A DNA stretch of 64,000 nt from Parcubacteria group bacterium (GTDB lineage Bacteria; Patescibacteriota; Minisyncoccia; Phycocordibacterales; Phycocordibacteraceae): positions 17,924-81,923 of the forward strand of contig JAQBRL010000016.1 in NCBI GenBank assembly GCA_028286525.1. The letters are read 5' to 3'. The stretch's first letter is position 1. Each line of letters begins with the position of its first letter. Shown piece by piece: positions 20,330 to 30,213 of the stretch. The position numbers and the translations under genes were made by a program. The notes beneath the pieces are model-generated. The model was not told the DNA's origin. It saw only the letters and a list, made by a program, of their open reading frames with translations, and made no database searches.

Positions 20330-21226
20330 TTACAAGTTTCCGCAGAACGGGTTCGCTGCCTTGTGCACTTCGAAGTGCAGGTGATTACCGGTCGATTTAC
20401 CGGTAGTACCGACATATCCGATGAGGTCGCCCTTACTGACGCTCGTGCCTTCGGAAGTACCGAGACGCGACATGTGTCCGTAGAGTGTTTGCGTACCGTT
20501 GGGATGATTGATGACGACGTAGTTACCGAAACCGCCATTCCAGCCCATACGCGCGATGATGACGGAACCGCTTGCAGCAGCATATATAGGTGTGCCGGAC
20601 GGTGCGCCGATGTCGACACCGTTATTATCATGGATTCCTTGGGTGCAGATGCCGCCGGGAAGCGGATTCGAGAACCCGCCGACGCTCGGAAGGCTGACGC
20701 TTCGCTTGGTGGTGGTGGTGGTCTTGGCTTTCACCGTGGCTGCGGGTGCAGCAGCAGGTTCGCCATCAGGAATGATGACCTTAGCGCCGATGGTGAGGCC
20801 TTCGCCGTCCGCCAGTCCATTGATAGCGATGATGTCCTGCGGGTCGCCGCCGTATTTCTTGGCAAGCGAGGCAACGGTCTCTCCCTTCGTGACCGTATGC
20901 TCGATACCGGTTACTGGAAGTATGACCAGAGTGCTCCCCGGCTTAAGCGCGCTTTTTGCGGTGAGGTTGTTCGCCCAGAGAACCGTATTCACTGAAATGC
21001 CGTTCTTGCTGGCGATGGAAGAGTACGTATCGCCGTCCACCACCGTATAGGTGCTGATCTCGCCGCCCGAGCTTCCATGATGTACGTCTGCGATGGTGCC
21101 ATCGGGGCCAGAATTGGCCATAAGGGCGGATCCTTCGGAAAGGGGCACGCTCGAATCGCCCTTTTCGGGGTTCGGGTCGGGATTCACCGCAGCCTCCAGC
21201 AGCGGCAGGCTCACGTCATGGACCAA
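20330..21226 (-). CDS. LysM-domain peptidoglycan DD-metalloendopeptidase (peptidase M23)
   Basis: 298 aa from TTG; LysM TYTVVDGDTYSSIA and YTVTKGETVASLA, M23 HLHFEVH; signal peptide appears to be encoded upstream of this start (see finding). Confidence 0.8.
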   Translation of the reverse strand: MVHDVSLPLLEAAVNPDPNPEKGDSSVPLSEGSALMANSGPDGTIADVHHGSSGGEISTYTVVDGDTYSSIASKNGISVNTVLWANNLTAKSALKPGSTLVILPVTGIEHTVTKGETVASLAKKYGGDPQDIIAINGLADGEGLTIGAKVIIPDGEPAAAPAATVKAKTTTTTKRSVSLPSVGGFSNPLPGGICTQGIHDNNGVDIGAPSGTPIYAAASGSVIIARMGWNGGFGNYVVINHPNGTQTLYGHMSRLGTSEGTSVSKGDLIGYVGTTGKSTGNHLHFEVHKAANPFCGNL

Positions 21227-21574
21227 AGGCGGAGTACCGCCCGGGTTCGCAGCTTGAGCGCTAGCAAAAAACGGCCAAAACGCGCTGGTTGCGATAGGGA
21301 AGGCGAGGAGAGAAGCACCAGCTACGATAGCTGCGAGGGCGGTGAAACCAGTGGCCAGATCTGCGTTCCGATTCTGCGCACGATTTGATGAATCGGAAGG
21401 GTTTTGAGGGTTCGAAATAAGGGGGGCGATGGAACTTCAGACAATCTTCAGGATACAAAAATGGCTTACATAGGCCATCTCTTGAGTTTCAGAGTATCAA
21501 GTGACCTGGCCAGTATACCCTGGGAGGTGCCTCGGTCAACGGGTTGACAAAGCACCTGTTGAAAGCATGAAAAA

Positions 21575-21588
21575 TTGACATATGTCAA
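21575..21588. promoter_or_regulatory. perfect 14-bp palindrome TTGACATATGTCAA in pcrA promoter region
   Basis: seen in sequence; overlaps a TTGACA -35-like hexamer 65 nt upstream of pcrA start. Confidence 0.35.
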
Positions 21589-21652
21589 TAAAACATGCCG
21601 TAATGTAGCCTCACAATAGGCCCATAAGACCCCATCACGGTATAGTGAACTG

Positions 21653-23575
21653 ATGCGGTACCTTGAGGGACTCAACGAACGACAGAAGGAGGCGGTCCTC
21701 TCCACTGAAGGGCCGATTTCGGTCCTGGCCGGAGCAGGCTCGGGCAAGACCCGAGTGCTCACTACCCGCATTTTCCACCTCCTGCGGGAAGGAACGCCGC
21801 CAGAGAAGATACTGGCGGTCACCTTCACCAATAAGGCCGCCCGCGAGATGCGGGAACGCCTCGCGCTCCTGGTGGGGGACGGACCCTTGCCCTTGGTGGC
21901 CACCTTTCATGGGCTCGGAAGGGAACTCCTGCAGAGCTATGGGCGGGTCATCGGCGTCCCGCGCTATTTCAGCGTCTACGATCGGGATGATTCCGAACGC
22001 GCGATCAAGGACGCGCTCAAGGAGATGGATATCGACCCGAAAGAAGTGCCTCCGCGACAGATACTTTCACGCATTAGCAAAGCGAAAGGAGAAGGGATGA
22101 CCGCCCAGAGCTTCAAGGAGAAGCACGGAGGCGAAGGGTTCCGCTCGCGTATCGCGTCGGAAGCGTGGCTGAAGTACGATGCCACGCTCGAGAAGGAGAA
22201 GGCACTCGACTTTGACGACCTCATTTCCAAACCCGTGCACCTCTTCGAGGCGCATCCGGAAATGCGCGCGCTCGTGCAAGAACGATTCAGCCACATCCAT
22301 GTGGATGAGTATCAAGACACGAACGAACTGCAAGGACGTCTCGCGAACATGCTCGCCCACAAGCATCGCAATCTTTTCGTGGTGGGCGATATCGATCAGA
22401 CCATCTATACGTGGCGGGGGGCGACTATCGAGAACCTGCTTTCGTTCGATGAAACGTATCCGGAAGCGAAGACCATCGTGCTCGAGCATAACTATCGTTC
22501 GACGAAGACCATCGTCGCCGCGAGCAATGCGATCATCGAGAAGAATAAGAACCGGAAAGAGAAGCGTGCGGTGACGGATAATCCGGACGGCCACCCGATA
22601 CGATTGCACGTATCCGATACCGCCGAAGAAGAAGCGCGCTTCATCGCACGGCAGGCACGGCAGTTCATGCGGGAGGGGATGGTGCCGGAAGAGATCGCCG
22701 TGCTGTACCGTACCAATTTCCAATCACGCGTGCTCGAAGAGGCGTTTCTTGCGCAGGGCATACCGTACCGCCTTTTAGGTACGCGTTTTCTCGACCGCAA
22801 AGAAGTGAAGGATGTCATCGCGTGGGTCAGGCTCGCGCTTGAGCCCGCTCGCGAAAGCGACCGCGTGCGCGCCGTGCAAGCGCCCCCGCGCGGCATCGGA
22901 AAAGTAACGGTAGCGAAGATAGCCGCCGGAAAAACAGAAGGACTGCCGGCGGCCGTGCGCGCGAAAGTCGATGCATTCGAATCGCTCGTGCAAACGCTGC
23001 ACGAAGAAAGCAAGTCGGCCGCGCCTTCTGCATTCGTCAGGCGCGTCATCCAACTCTCGGGACTCGAGGACGCGCTGGCCAAGGGCGGAGAAGACGATCA
23101 GGAACGACTCGAGAATGCGAAGGAGCTCGCGACGCTCGCGAGCCGCTACGACCACGTGCCCGGAGAAGAGGGCATCGCCGCATTCCTTGCGGACACCGCA
23201 CTCGCCGGCGATCAAGACGAGCTCGACCGTCCCCAAACGAACGAGAAGAATAAAAAAGGCGTGACGCTCATGACCGTGCATGCCGCGAAGGGTCTCGAGT
23301 TCGATGCGGTCTTCGTGACCGGACTTGAAGAAGGCCTCTTCCCGCACGAAGGCATGAATCAGGAAGAGGAACGCGACGAGGAAGAGGAGCGCCGTCTTTT
23401 CTATGTCGCCATGACCCGCGCGAAGCACCACCTCGTGCTCACCATGGCGCGCGTCCGTCGTATATACGGAACGGATTATCTTTCGGAACCGTCCACCTTC
23501 CTGCACGATATCGACCCGGGACTCATGCAGGTCAATTATGGCGAAGAGGAGCACGAGGATATCATCCACATATAA
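21653..23575 (+). CDS. pcrA: ATP-dependent DNA helicase PcrA/UvrD
   Basis: 640 aa; Walker A AGAGSGKT, UvrD motifs (TFTNKAA, DEYQDTN, VGDIDQTIY, MTVHAAKGLEF). Confidence 0.9.
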   Translation: MRYLEGLNERQKEAVLSTEGPISVLAGAGSGKTRVLTTRIFHLLREGTPPEKILAVTFTNKAAREMRERLALLVGDGPLPLVATFHGLGRELLQSYGRVIGVPRYFSVYDRDDSERAIKDALKEMDIDPKEVPPRQILSRISKAKGEGMTAQSFKEKHGGEGFRSRIASEAWLKYDATLEKEKALDFDDLISKPVHLFEAHPEMRALVQERFSHIHVDEYQDTNELQGRLANMLAHKHRNLFVVGDIDQTIYTWRGATIENLLSFDETYPEAKTIVLEHNYRSTKTIVAASNAIIEKNKNRKEKRAVTDNPDGHPIRLHVSDTAEEEARFIARQARQFMREGMVPEEIAVLYRTNFQSRVLEEAFLAQGIPYRLLGTRFLDRKEVKDVIAWVRLALEPARESDRVRAVQAPPRGIGKVTVAKIAAGKTEGLPAAVRAKVDAFESLVQTLHEESKSAAPSAFVRRVIQLSGLEDALAKGGEDDQERLENAKELATLASRYDHVPGEEGIAAFLADTALAGDQDELDRPQTNEKNKKGVTLMTVHAAKGLEFDAVFVTGLEEGLFPHEGMNQEEERDEEEERRLFYVAMTRAKHHLVLTMARVRRIYGTDYLSEPSTFLHDIDPGLMQVNYGEEEHEDIIHI

Positions 23576-23579
23576 AAGT

Positions 23580-24356
23580 ATGCAGGCGAAACAAGCTCTC
23601 GGCCAGAACTTCCTCATGCACCAAGCCACCGCCGACCGCATCGCGGACGCCGCCGGCCTTCGCAAGGATTCGGTCGTGCTCGAGATAGGGCCCGGTACCG
23701 GCATGCTCACCCGTTCGCTTCTCGCTCGAGCAGGGAAGGTCATCGCAGTGGAAGCCGACAGGGAATTGATAGCGCCGCTGCGGGAAGCATTTGAAACCCC
23801 GCTTGGTACTGGCGCTCTTGAGATACGAGAAGGGGACATCCGCAGCTTCGATCTCGGGACGCTCCCCTCTGGATACGTAGTCGTAGCGAATATACCGTAT
23901 TACATAACCGGAGAGATCATTCGCACCCTTCTCACCGCACGAAACAAGGCCGCAGCAGTCACGCTACTCGTCCAGAAGGAGGTCGCGGAGCGCATCGTAC
24001 GCAGCCGGAAAGAGAGCCTGCTTTCGCTCTCGGTAAAAGCGTACGGAACGCCGAGCTACAAATTCACCGTGCCACGAGGGTCTTTTCGTCCCGCGCCGAA
24101 CGTGGATTCTGCCGTGCTCCATGTTGCGGATATACAGCCACCTTTCGAGAACGAGACTCTAGAAGCTCGGTTTTTCGAGGTTCTGCATGCGGGGTTCGCC
24201 CATAAGCGCAAGCGGCTCGCGAAGAATCTGGAAGCACTTGCGCCTGCGGAAATGATCGCGCGTGCGTTTTCAGAAACCGGGCTGGATGTGAATGCACGCG
24301 CGGAGGATATTCCGCTTTCTACCTGGAAACAGCTGGTGGGGATACTCGGGGGATAA
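23580..24356 (+). CDS. rsmA: 16S rRNA (adenine1518/1519-N6)-dimethyltransferase
   Basis: LGQNFL start motif, SAM-binding LEIGPGTG, NIPY motif; ORF track start 23538 overlaps pcrA so ATG 23580 preferred. Confidence 0.85.
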   Translation: MQAKQALGQNFLMHQATADRIADAAGLRKDSVVLEIGPGTGMLTRSLLARAGKVIAVEADRELIAPLREAFETPLGTGALEIREGDIRSFDLGTLPSGYVVVANIPYYITGEIIRTLLTARNKAAAVTLLVQKEVAERIVRSRKESLLSLSVKAYGTPSYKFTVPRGSFRPAPNVDSAVLHVADIQPPFENETLEARFFEVLHAGFAHKRKRLAKNLEALAPAEMIARAFSETGLDVNARAEDIPLSTWKQLVGILGG

Positions 24357-24379
24357 GCTCGGGATAGCGAGTGGAAAAA

Positions 24380-24396
24380 CTGTGCACAATGCACAG
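24380..24396. promoter_or_regulatory. 17-bp palindrome CTGTGCA-CAA-TGCACAG upstream of T4SS-like operon
   Basis: perfect 7-bp arms; about 60 nt upstream of GTG start at 24455. Confidence 0.3.
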
Positions 24397-24454
24397 CCGC
24401 ACTCATCAGTTACTCATGAAATAGCGCCTGCGTGCTACTATTTTTGTACGTACT

Positions 24455-25453
24455 GTGGCTTATTCTCATCGCACCACTCTCATCATCATCGCATCGACCG
24501 TTTCGGTTGCGCTCATGGTCGTCGCGGTCCTCACTTCGGGCCCTCTGCCCTTCCATCTGCAGAAAGTCGACGCCGCATCTACCCATGATCTGCTCGTTTC
24601 GTACGCCGCCAAGGACACGGATGGCGACGTTCTTCCCGACTGGGAAGAGGCTCTCTACGGGACGGACCCTAATAACCCGCACAGCGTAAGCGCCACGGTC
24701 ACCGACGGCCAGGCCGTCGCTCAAGGCCTCGTCAAGCCGAAATTCGCAAGCGCGACCACCACGCCGGTTAGCGTCGCAAGCATCCCGGGTACGGATTCAG
24801 GACCCCAGACCCTTACCGACCAGTTCGCGCGCGGTCTCTTCTCGCAATATCTTTCGAAACAGGACCCTAACAATCCACCCACCCCCGAAGCGATAGCGAC
24901 GTTCGTCGAGGGAGCGGTGAATGACTTCGTGAATTCGCAGCAGATCCCGGACGCGTACAATCGGGGGCAAGTGCAAGTCGTGGGCAGTGGCCCGGATGCA
25001 CTCTTGAGCTACGCCGCCAGCGCCGAGAATGTGTTCGCTGCACACACCGTCGCTACCGATAGAGGCGAGCTTGAGTACTATGCCGACGCGGTAGAGAAGA
25101 ACGACCTGACCGCACTCGCCCAAGTTAAGAAAATAGGTGCCGCGTATACCGCCATCGCCAAGGGCTACATCGCGGTCCCGGTACCGAAGGAAGCTGCAAC
25201 GCCGCATCTTGCGGTGGCGAACGCGCTTGCGCGACTTGGAAGCGACATTACTGATATGAGCACCATGCAGAGCGACCCGCTTCGCTCCTATCTCGGCCTC
25301 GCCAAGTATGAAATCGATGCTCCGGCTTTCGTACAAGCCATGACTTCGCTTGAGGGTGTCTATGCGAGCGAGCAGGTGGTGGTGCCTTCCGGTACCGGAG
25401 GCTCTTCCTTCTACAGCGCCATGGTGAGCGCCTCCACAGTTACAACGCCATGA
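24455..25453 (+). CDS. membrane-anchored/secreted hypothetical protein with DTDGD calcium-binding-like motif
   Basis: GTG start; N-terminal TM LIIIASTVSVALMVVAVL; DTDGDVLPDWEEALYGTDPNNP resembles TSP3/dockerin-type Ca site; first gene of tight operon. Confidence 0.45.
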   Translation: MAYSHRTTLIIIASTVSVALMVVAVLTSGPLPFHLQKVDAASTHDLLVSYAAKDTDGDVLPDWEEALYGTDPNNPHSVSATVTDGQAVAQGLVKPKFASATTTPVSVASIPGTDSGPQTLTDQFARGLFSQYLSKQDPNNPPTPEAIATFVEGAVNDFVNSQQIPDAYNRGQVQVVGSGPDALLSYAASAENVFAAHTVATDRGELEYYADAVEKNDLTALAQVKKIGAAYTAIAKGYIAVPVPKEAATPHLAVANALARLGSDITDMSTMQSDPLRSYLGLAKYEIDAPAFVQAMTSLEGVYASEQVVVPSGTGGSSFYSAMVSASTVTTP

Positions 25454-26988
25454 GTTGGTCCCGACCCATCGTTTCGTTGCTTCTCATAAGTATCTTCGCG
25501 ACGAGCGGCGTGATGATCCAGCCCCGAGCAGTCTACGCTCAACAAATCGTCCATGACCCCATAAGTCATGTGACGGGTTTGGCTGATCTCGCAAAAAATA
25601 CGATCACCTCGGCGAAAAGCATCATTACGGGAGCGGCGTCTGCAAAAATTCTCACGAATCCTATCTTCTATCGCATTGCGCAAGCTGCTATTCAATCCAT
25701 GGTGAAGAGTACGGTCAATTGGATAAACTCCGGCTTCCAAGGGTCGCCCGCGTACGCAACGAACCTTTCGGGTACCCTGCAGGACGCTGCGGATGTCGCA
25801 GCGAAGCAGTTCGTGGGGCAGCTCGCGACCCAGTCGGGGATTAAGTCTCCTTTCAGCGATAAGGTGTCGCAGACCATTCTCTCCACCCATTATCTTTCAA
25901 CCTCGCGAGATGGATTCGCGCTCCTGAATCCGTACACCTTGAACAAAGTGAGCTCGAATGATGCAGCGTTCCTGAGAGGGGATATCAGTCAGGGCGGATT
26001 CCAAGCATGGTTCGCGACCGTACTTAATCCGCAGAATAATCCTATCGGAGCAAGCAATCTTGCTCAAAATGAACTGAATAAGCGCGTAGCCTCCGCGGTA
26101 GGCCAAGTACACGAGGAACTGGGCTGGGGAAACGGATTCTTCTCGTTCCGCACCTGCGATAAGCCGGCACCCGCTTCGAGTGCGTCATGCCCAGCGGGCA
26201 CTATAGATACTGGCGATGGGTCAGGCTGCCAGGCAGGGTCTGGTGCTCCCGTGAGCTTAAGCCAGAATAGTTCATGCCTTTCAAGCAGTATTAAAACGCC
26301 CGGTTCGGTCATTGCAGGGTCCCTTAACCACACGCTCGGATTGGGAGCCGACTCACTGGTTCAAGCGAAAGATTTCGATGAAATAGTGAATGCACTCATG
26401 GGGCAGCTCTTGAATAATGTTCTTGGGAGTTCGGGTCTCGGCGGACTTTCAAAGGGATCGACCGCAACGGGCGGACGAGCCTATTTCAATCAACCAACGA
26501 GCAGTAATACGAGCGCGAGCGTATCGGCAGTAAGTACTTTTACGCAGCTGCTTGATCAGCAAACTACCGCGCTGCAGGAATACCTCACGAACTGGCAGAG
26601 TGTCGGCGCTGCTGCGAACGCTGCGAAGACCGCACTCACGGCGAGTACGTGCGTACCCGGGGCAGCGAATATCGTCACCACGCAAGTCCAGCCGGTCATT
26701 ACGCAAGCAGCCACCGCCGTCGGTACTGTGCCGAACGCCCTGAACGCCATCGATAAGATACGCTCGGCTGCGCTCGGAGCGGCCACTGCCGACACCAGCA
26801 CCCAGACCACAGTGCTCCAGCAAGCGTCCGCCGATTACGCTGACCTTCTCGCTTCGAGCGCCTTCCCGAGCCTGAACGATTTCACGAACGCCGCCGCGCA
26901 GAGTACGGACACCACCGGCACCGGCCTTTCTCCTTCCCTTCTCGACCAGATGAATCAACTCACCGCGCAGGCGAAGTGCGGCCATTAA
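25450..26988 (+). CDS. secreted hypothetical protein (Ala/Gln/Ser/Thr-rich)
   Basis: 512 aa; signal peptide MSWSRPIVSLLLISIFATSGVMIQPRAVYAQ; start overlaps previous stop. Confidence 0.45.
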   Translation: MSWSRPIVSLLLISIFATSGVMIQPRAVYAQQIVHDPISHVTGLADLAKNTITSAKSIITGAASAKILTNPIFYRIAQAAIQSMVKSTVNWINSGFQGSPAYATNLSGTLQDAADVAAKQFVGQLATQSGIKSPFSDKVSQTILSTHYLSTSRDGFALLNPYTLNKVSSNDAAFLRGDISQGGFQAWFATVLNPQNNPIGASNLAQNELNKRVASAVGQVHEELGWGNGFFSFRTCDKPAPASSASCPAGTIDTGDGSGCQAGSGAPVSLSQNSSCLSSSIKTPGSVIAGSLNHTLGLGADSLVQAKDFDEIVNALMGQLLNNVLGSSGLGGLSKGSTATGGRAYFNQPTSSNTSASVSAVSTFTQLLDQQTTALQEYLTNWQSVGAAANAAKTALTASTCVPGAANIVTTQVQPVITQAATAVGTVPNALNAIDKIRSAALGAATADTSTQTTVLQQASADYADLLASSAFPSLNDFTNAAAQSTDTTGTGLSPSLLDQMNQLTAQAKCGH

Positions 26989-26992
26989 ATCT

Positions 26993-29317
26993 ATGCGTAT
27001 AGCACTGCAGCACCTAGCGCTTCTCGGTCTGGGAATCCTGTTTTTATTCGCACCAGCCCCTGCGGTGCATGCACAGACGACCGCTCCGCCTGCGTCGGGA
27101 GGTTTCCCTGCACAATTCACCGATTCATCCGGAATAATCCATAAATTGGTAGCAGGCTCGCAGTACACGCAGACCCCCGGAACTCCACGGCAGTGCGCGA
27201 AATATACCGGCTTTGCGAATGATTACGGCTGCATAAATCCTGACGGGACGCTCGACCAATGCTTCGTCGGCCCGAACGCGATACCGAGCTGTACGACTCC
27301 GAAGACCGCAGATGGGGGCAGTACGACCTCGTCCCAAGTCGCTAATACGAGCCTTACTACAAATACTGATGCTAGCGGTAAAACCACCGCAGATGCTCAG
27401 CCCGTCGATAAGAGTTGCAGCATCAATACGCTTGATATCTGTTTGGCTAACGCAGGCACCTGGATCATAAAGCAGATCGCACTCCTGTTCCTTTTCATCG
27501 CTAGTTTCTTTGCAGGACTTTCAGGGTTCCTTTTCAATTGGATCGTCTACATAACGGTCTTCCAGTTCGGGAATCTCATCGGTAATAATCCCGGCATGCT
27601 CGCCGCGTGGGGAGTGCTTCGCGACATCGGCAATATCCTTCTTCTGTTCGGATTCATCTTCATGGGCATCAGCACTATTCTTAATCTGCCGGGCAATGAG
27701 TTCACGGCGAAGCGCGCGCTTCCCGCACTCATCATATTCGCGATATTGATGAACTTCAGCCTCTTCGCAGCCGAAGCGGTCATCGACACCAGCAACGCTA
27801 TCGGAACGACACTCTACAAGCAGGCGAGTCAGGGACTCTGCACGTCCGGGGAGAGTCAAATCGACTGCGCAACCAACAAAGGCATTGCCGGCTCTATATT
27901 CAAGGTTTCCGGTATTTCAGCCATATTCAATAAAGACGCTGCCGCGCAAATCCCGGGAAATGATTTCGGAGCGGTGATCGAGATACTCGGGCTCGCCATA
28001 TTCGCCGCAGTGACCGCATTCGTCTTCTTCGCGGCGCTTTTCCTTTTCATAACGCGTGCCGTCGTGCTCGCTTTTCTTATGGCGGTCTCGCCGATCGGAT
28101 TCGCCGGCATGGCGGTCCCGCCTCTGCACGAATACGCTTCTATGTGGTGGCAGCAACTGTTGAAGCAATCATTTTTCGCTCCTATCTATATCCTGCTGAT
28201 CCTCATCAGTATTAAATTCATGGAGGGTATAACGACCGCGCTCAATACCGCCTCAGGAGGAGGCGCTACGCTTCACAACCTTGCGGACGCTTTCAGCGTT
28301 ACAGGAGCTTCGAACGTGAGCATGGTGGTGGACTTCATGCTCATCACCGGCTTCATGCTGGGCTCGCTTATCATCGCGAAGCAGATGGGTGCAGCGGGAG
28401 CTGACCGCGCGACGAAATTCGCAGGTGCTGCAACATTCGGCACAACCGCATTCATAGGACGTCGTACGGTGGGCCGTGCTATGTATAGCGGCGCAAGCGC
28501 TCTGCGCGGTACGAAATTCGGCCAAACGAATACGGTAGGGAAGTTCCTTGTGAATAGTTTTGATAAAGGATCTAAGAGTAATTTTGATGCGGGACGTGCA
28601 ATTTTGGGTGGAATTGCAAAATCTCAGCATCTTGATATAGGAACTGCACAAAAGGGTGGCTATGCAGGAATCGTGCATGCCGAAGAAGAGAAGCGTAAGG
28701 AATTCGCGAAGAAACTCACGGCAACGAAGGAAGATAAGAAGGTGAAGGAGGGCCTTCAGACCACGAAGAATCTTCTCCAGGGCGAGTTACAGGATGCGGA
28801 GGCAGAACTCGCGGCGCAAGTGGCAGTGAATGAAGCTGCACTGAAACCTACTCGCACTGCGCTGGCTCAAAAATACACGCAGCTCCAACAGGCTCGTGCA
28901 TCAGGCAACGCTGCCCTCGCAGCAACTCTCGAGAAGGAGTTCGAGAATGACACGAAAGCATACGAACTTGAAAAGGAGGTGGCCGATAAGAAACTTGACC
29001 CTGCCAAGGCGCGAATGGCCGAAGCCAAGAAGTATATGTCTCAAACCGACGGTCAGCTTAAGCAAAATGGCCAGGAGCCTCAGAGACGTTACGCAGAAAG
29101 TCTCGACAATAATATCCGCAATCCTCTTGATTGGTGGAGCTACGCTGGTGGTGTGGGCAATGATGCCGATCACCATGCAGCGACTGAGATTCTTAAGAAT
29201 CTAGACAAGAGCGAGAACGAAAGAGTTGTTGACGCTATCAGCGCGCTTGGTGGAAAATTGGGTGGAGGTGGAGGTGGCGCTCCACCCGCTGGCGGGGGAG
29301 ACGCGGCAGCCCATTAA
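26993..29317 (+). CDS. TrbL/VirB6-like polytopic membrane protein with coiled-coil and Gly-rich C-terminal tail
   Basis: 774 aa; signal peptide, Cys-containing ectodomain, about 6 TM helices (aa 160-470), Lys/Glu coiled coil, GGGGGG tail; architecture typical of VirB6/TrbL family. Confidence 0.5.
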   Translation: MRIALQHLALLGLGILFLFAPAPAVHAQTTAPPASGGFPAQFTDSSGIIHKLVAGSQYTQTPGTPRQCAKYTGFANDYGCINPDGTLDQCFVGPNAIPSCTTPKTADGGSTTSSQVANTSLTTNTDASGKTTADAQPVDKSCSINTLDICLANAGTWIIKQIALLFLFIASFFAGLSGFLFNWIVYITVFQFGNLIGNNPGMLAAWGVLRDIGNILLLFGFIFMGISTILNLPGNEFTAKRALPALIIFAILMNFSLFAAEAVIDTSNAIGTTLYKQASQGLCTSGESQIDCATNKGIAGSIFKVSGISAIFNKDAAAQIPGNDFGAVIEILGLAIFAAVTAFVFFAALFLFITRAVVLAFLMAVSPIGFAGMAVPPLHEYASMWWQQLLKQSFFAPIYILLILISIKFMEGITTALNTASGGGATLHNLADAFSVTGASNVSMVVDFMLITGFMLGSLIIAKQMGAAGADRATKFAGAATFGTTAFIGRRTVGRAMYSGASALRGTKFGQTNTVGKFLVNSFDKGSKSNFDAGRAILGGIAKSQHLDIGTAQKGGYAGIVHAEEEKRKEFAKKLTATKEDKKVKEGLQTTKNLLQGELQDAEAELAAQVAVNEAALKPTRTALAQKYTQLQQARASGNAALAATLEKEFENDTKAYELEKEVADKKLDPAKARMAEAKKYMSQTDGQLKQNGQEPQRRYAESLDNNIRNPLDWWSYAGGVGNDADHHAATEILKNLDKSENERVVDAISALGGKLGGGGGGAPPAGGGDAAAH

Positions 29318-29320
29318 GGT

Positions 29321-30181
29321 ATGAGTGAGATCGAACAGAAGGGAATGGGTGTAGACCAAGCAATAGCGACTCTCGTGGATGATCTTCCGCGACCCGTTCG
29401 AGAATTCGTTCTTGGTCCTGAACGCGATCGCATTTCGCTTTCTCTCACGCAAAAATACAGCCTGCATGCCGATCAGGCGGCCGCATTCGAACAAACGTAT
29501 CTTTTCCTCCTTCTCGGAGTCAGTTCTCCTGAAGAATTCGCGCAAGCGCTCAAGAACGCCGGAATAAGCGAGGAAACGGTTCTGGGTCTCACCAACGATA
29601 TAAATGAGCAGGTGTTCAAGCCGTTGCGCGCGAAGATCCAAGAAAGCACAGGTACGCCTCCCGACTCGTCTGCTCCAGCAATCCCCGCACCTGTCATCCC
29701 TTCTACGAGCGGTGGTGCTTCCGCCGTATCCAAAACCCCGATTCCTGTAGCACCACCGCTACCTCCACCTCCAATACCTCGGCCGATCAGTGCGCCTCCC
29801 GCCATGCCTATCGCCCGTCCTGTTCCCCCTCCCCTGCCGCCACCTCCGCCTGCCGTACCTTTATATGATACGGAGCCCGCAATGCGCACTATGGCGACCG
29901 ATATGCAGGCAGCGAAAGAGCATCGCGTTCCAGAACCGTTGTTCTCTCGGCCTGCGCCCGCAGCTCCGCTAGCACCTGTAGTTGCTGCGCCACTACCTCC
30001 TCCTGTCGAACCACCCGCACCGCACCGCACCATGTCATCTATCGTGCCGCCGCCGCTTCCGCATGTATACGAACCGCCCGCAGCATCTAGAGCGCCTCTC
30101 GCTCCGCCACCGCCGAATCTTCCGGGCGCACCTACCGCGCCTCCATACAGCGTCGACCCGTATCGCGAACCGATGGAATAA
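29321..30181 (+). CDS. proline-rich hypothetical protein
   Basis: 286 aa; soluble N-domain then long PPLPPPP-type tract. Confidence 0.45.
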   Translation: MSEIEQKGMGVDQAIATLVDDLPRPVREFVLGPERDRISLSLTQKYSLHADQAAAFEQTYLFLLLGVSSPEEFAQALKNAGISEETVLGLTNDINEQVFKPLRAKIQESTGTPPDSSAPAIPAPVIPSTSGGASAVSKTPIPVAPPLPPPPIPRPISAPPAMPIARPVPPPLPPPPPAVPLYDTEPAMRTMATDMQAAKEHRVPEPLFSRPAPAAPLAPVVAAPLPPPVEPPAPHRTMSSIVPPPLPHVYEPPAASRAPLAPPPPNLPGAPTAPPYSVDPYREPME

Positions 30182-30213
30182 AACGACGCGCTCGTCGGTT
30201 ATACTGGTACGTA

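Noticed and set aside
21575-21588. Calling the pcrA palindrome a definite LexA/SOS box
   Set aside because: The sequence differs from known LexA consensus families and no lexA gene is in the window. It is kept as a candidate operator only.
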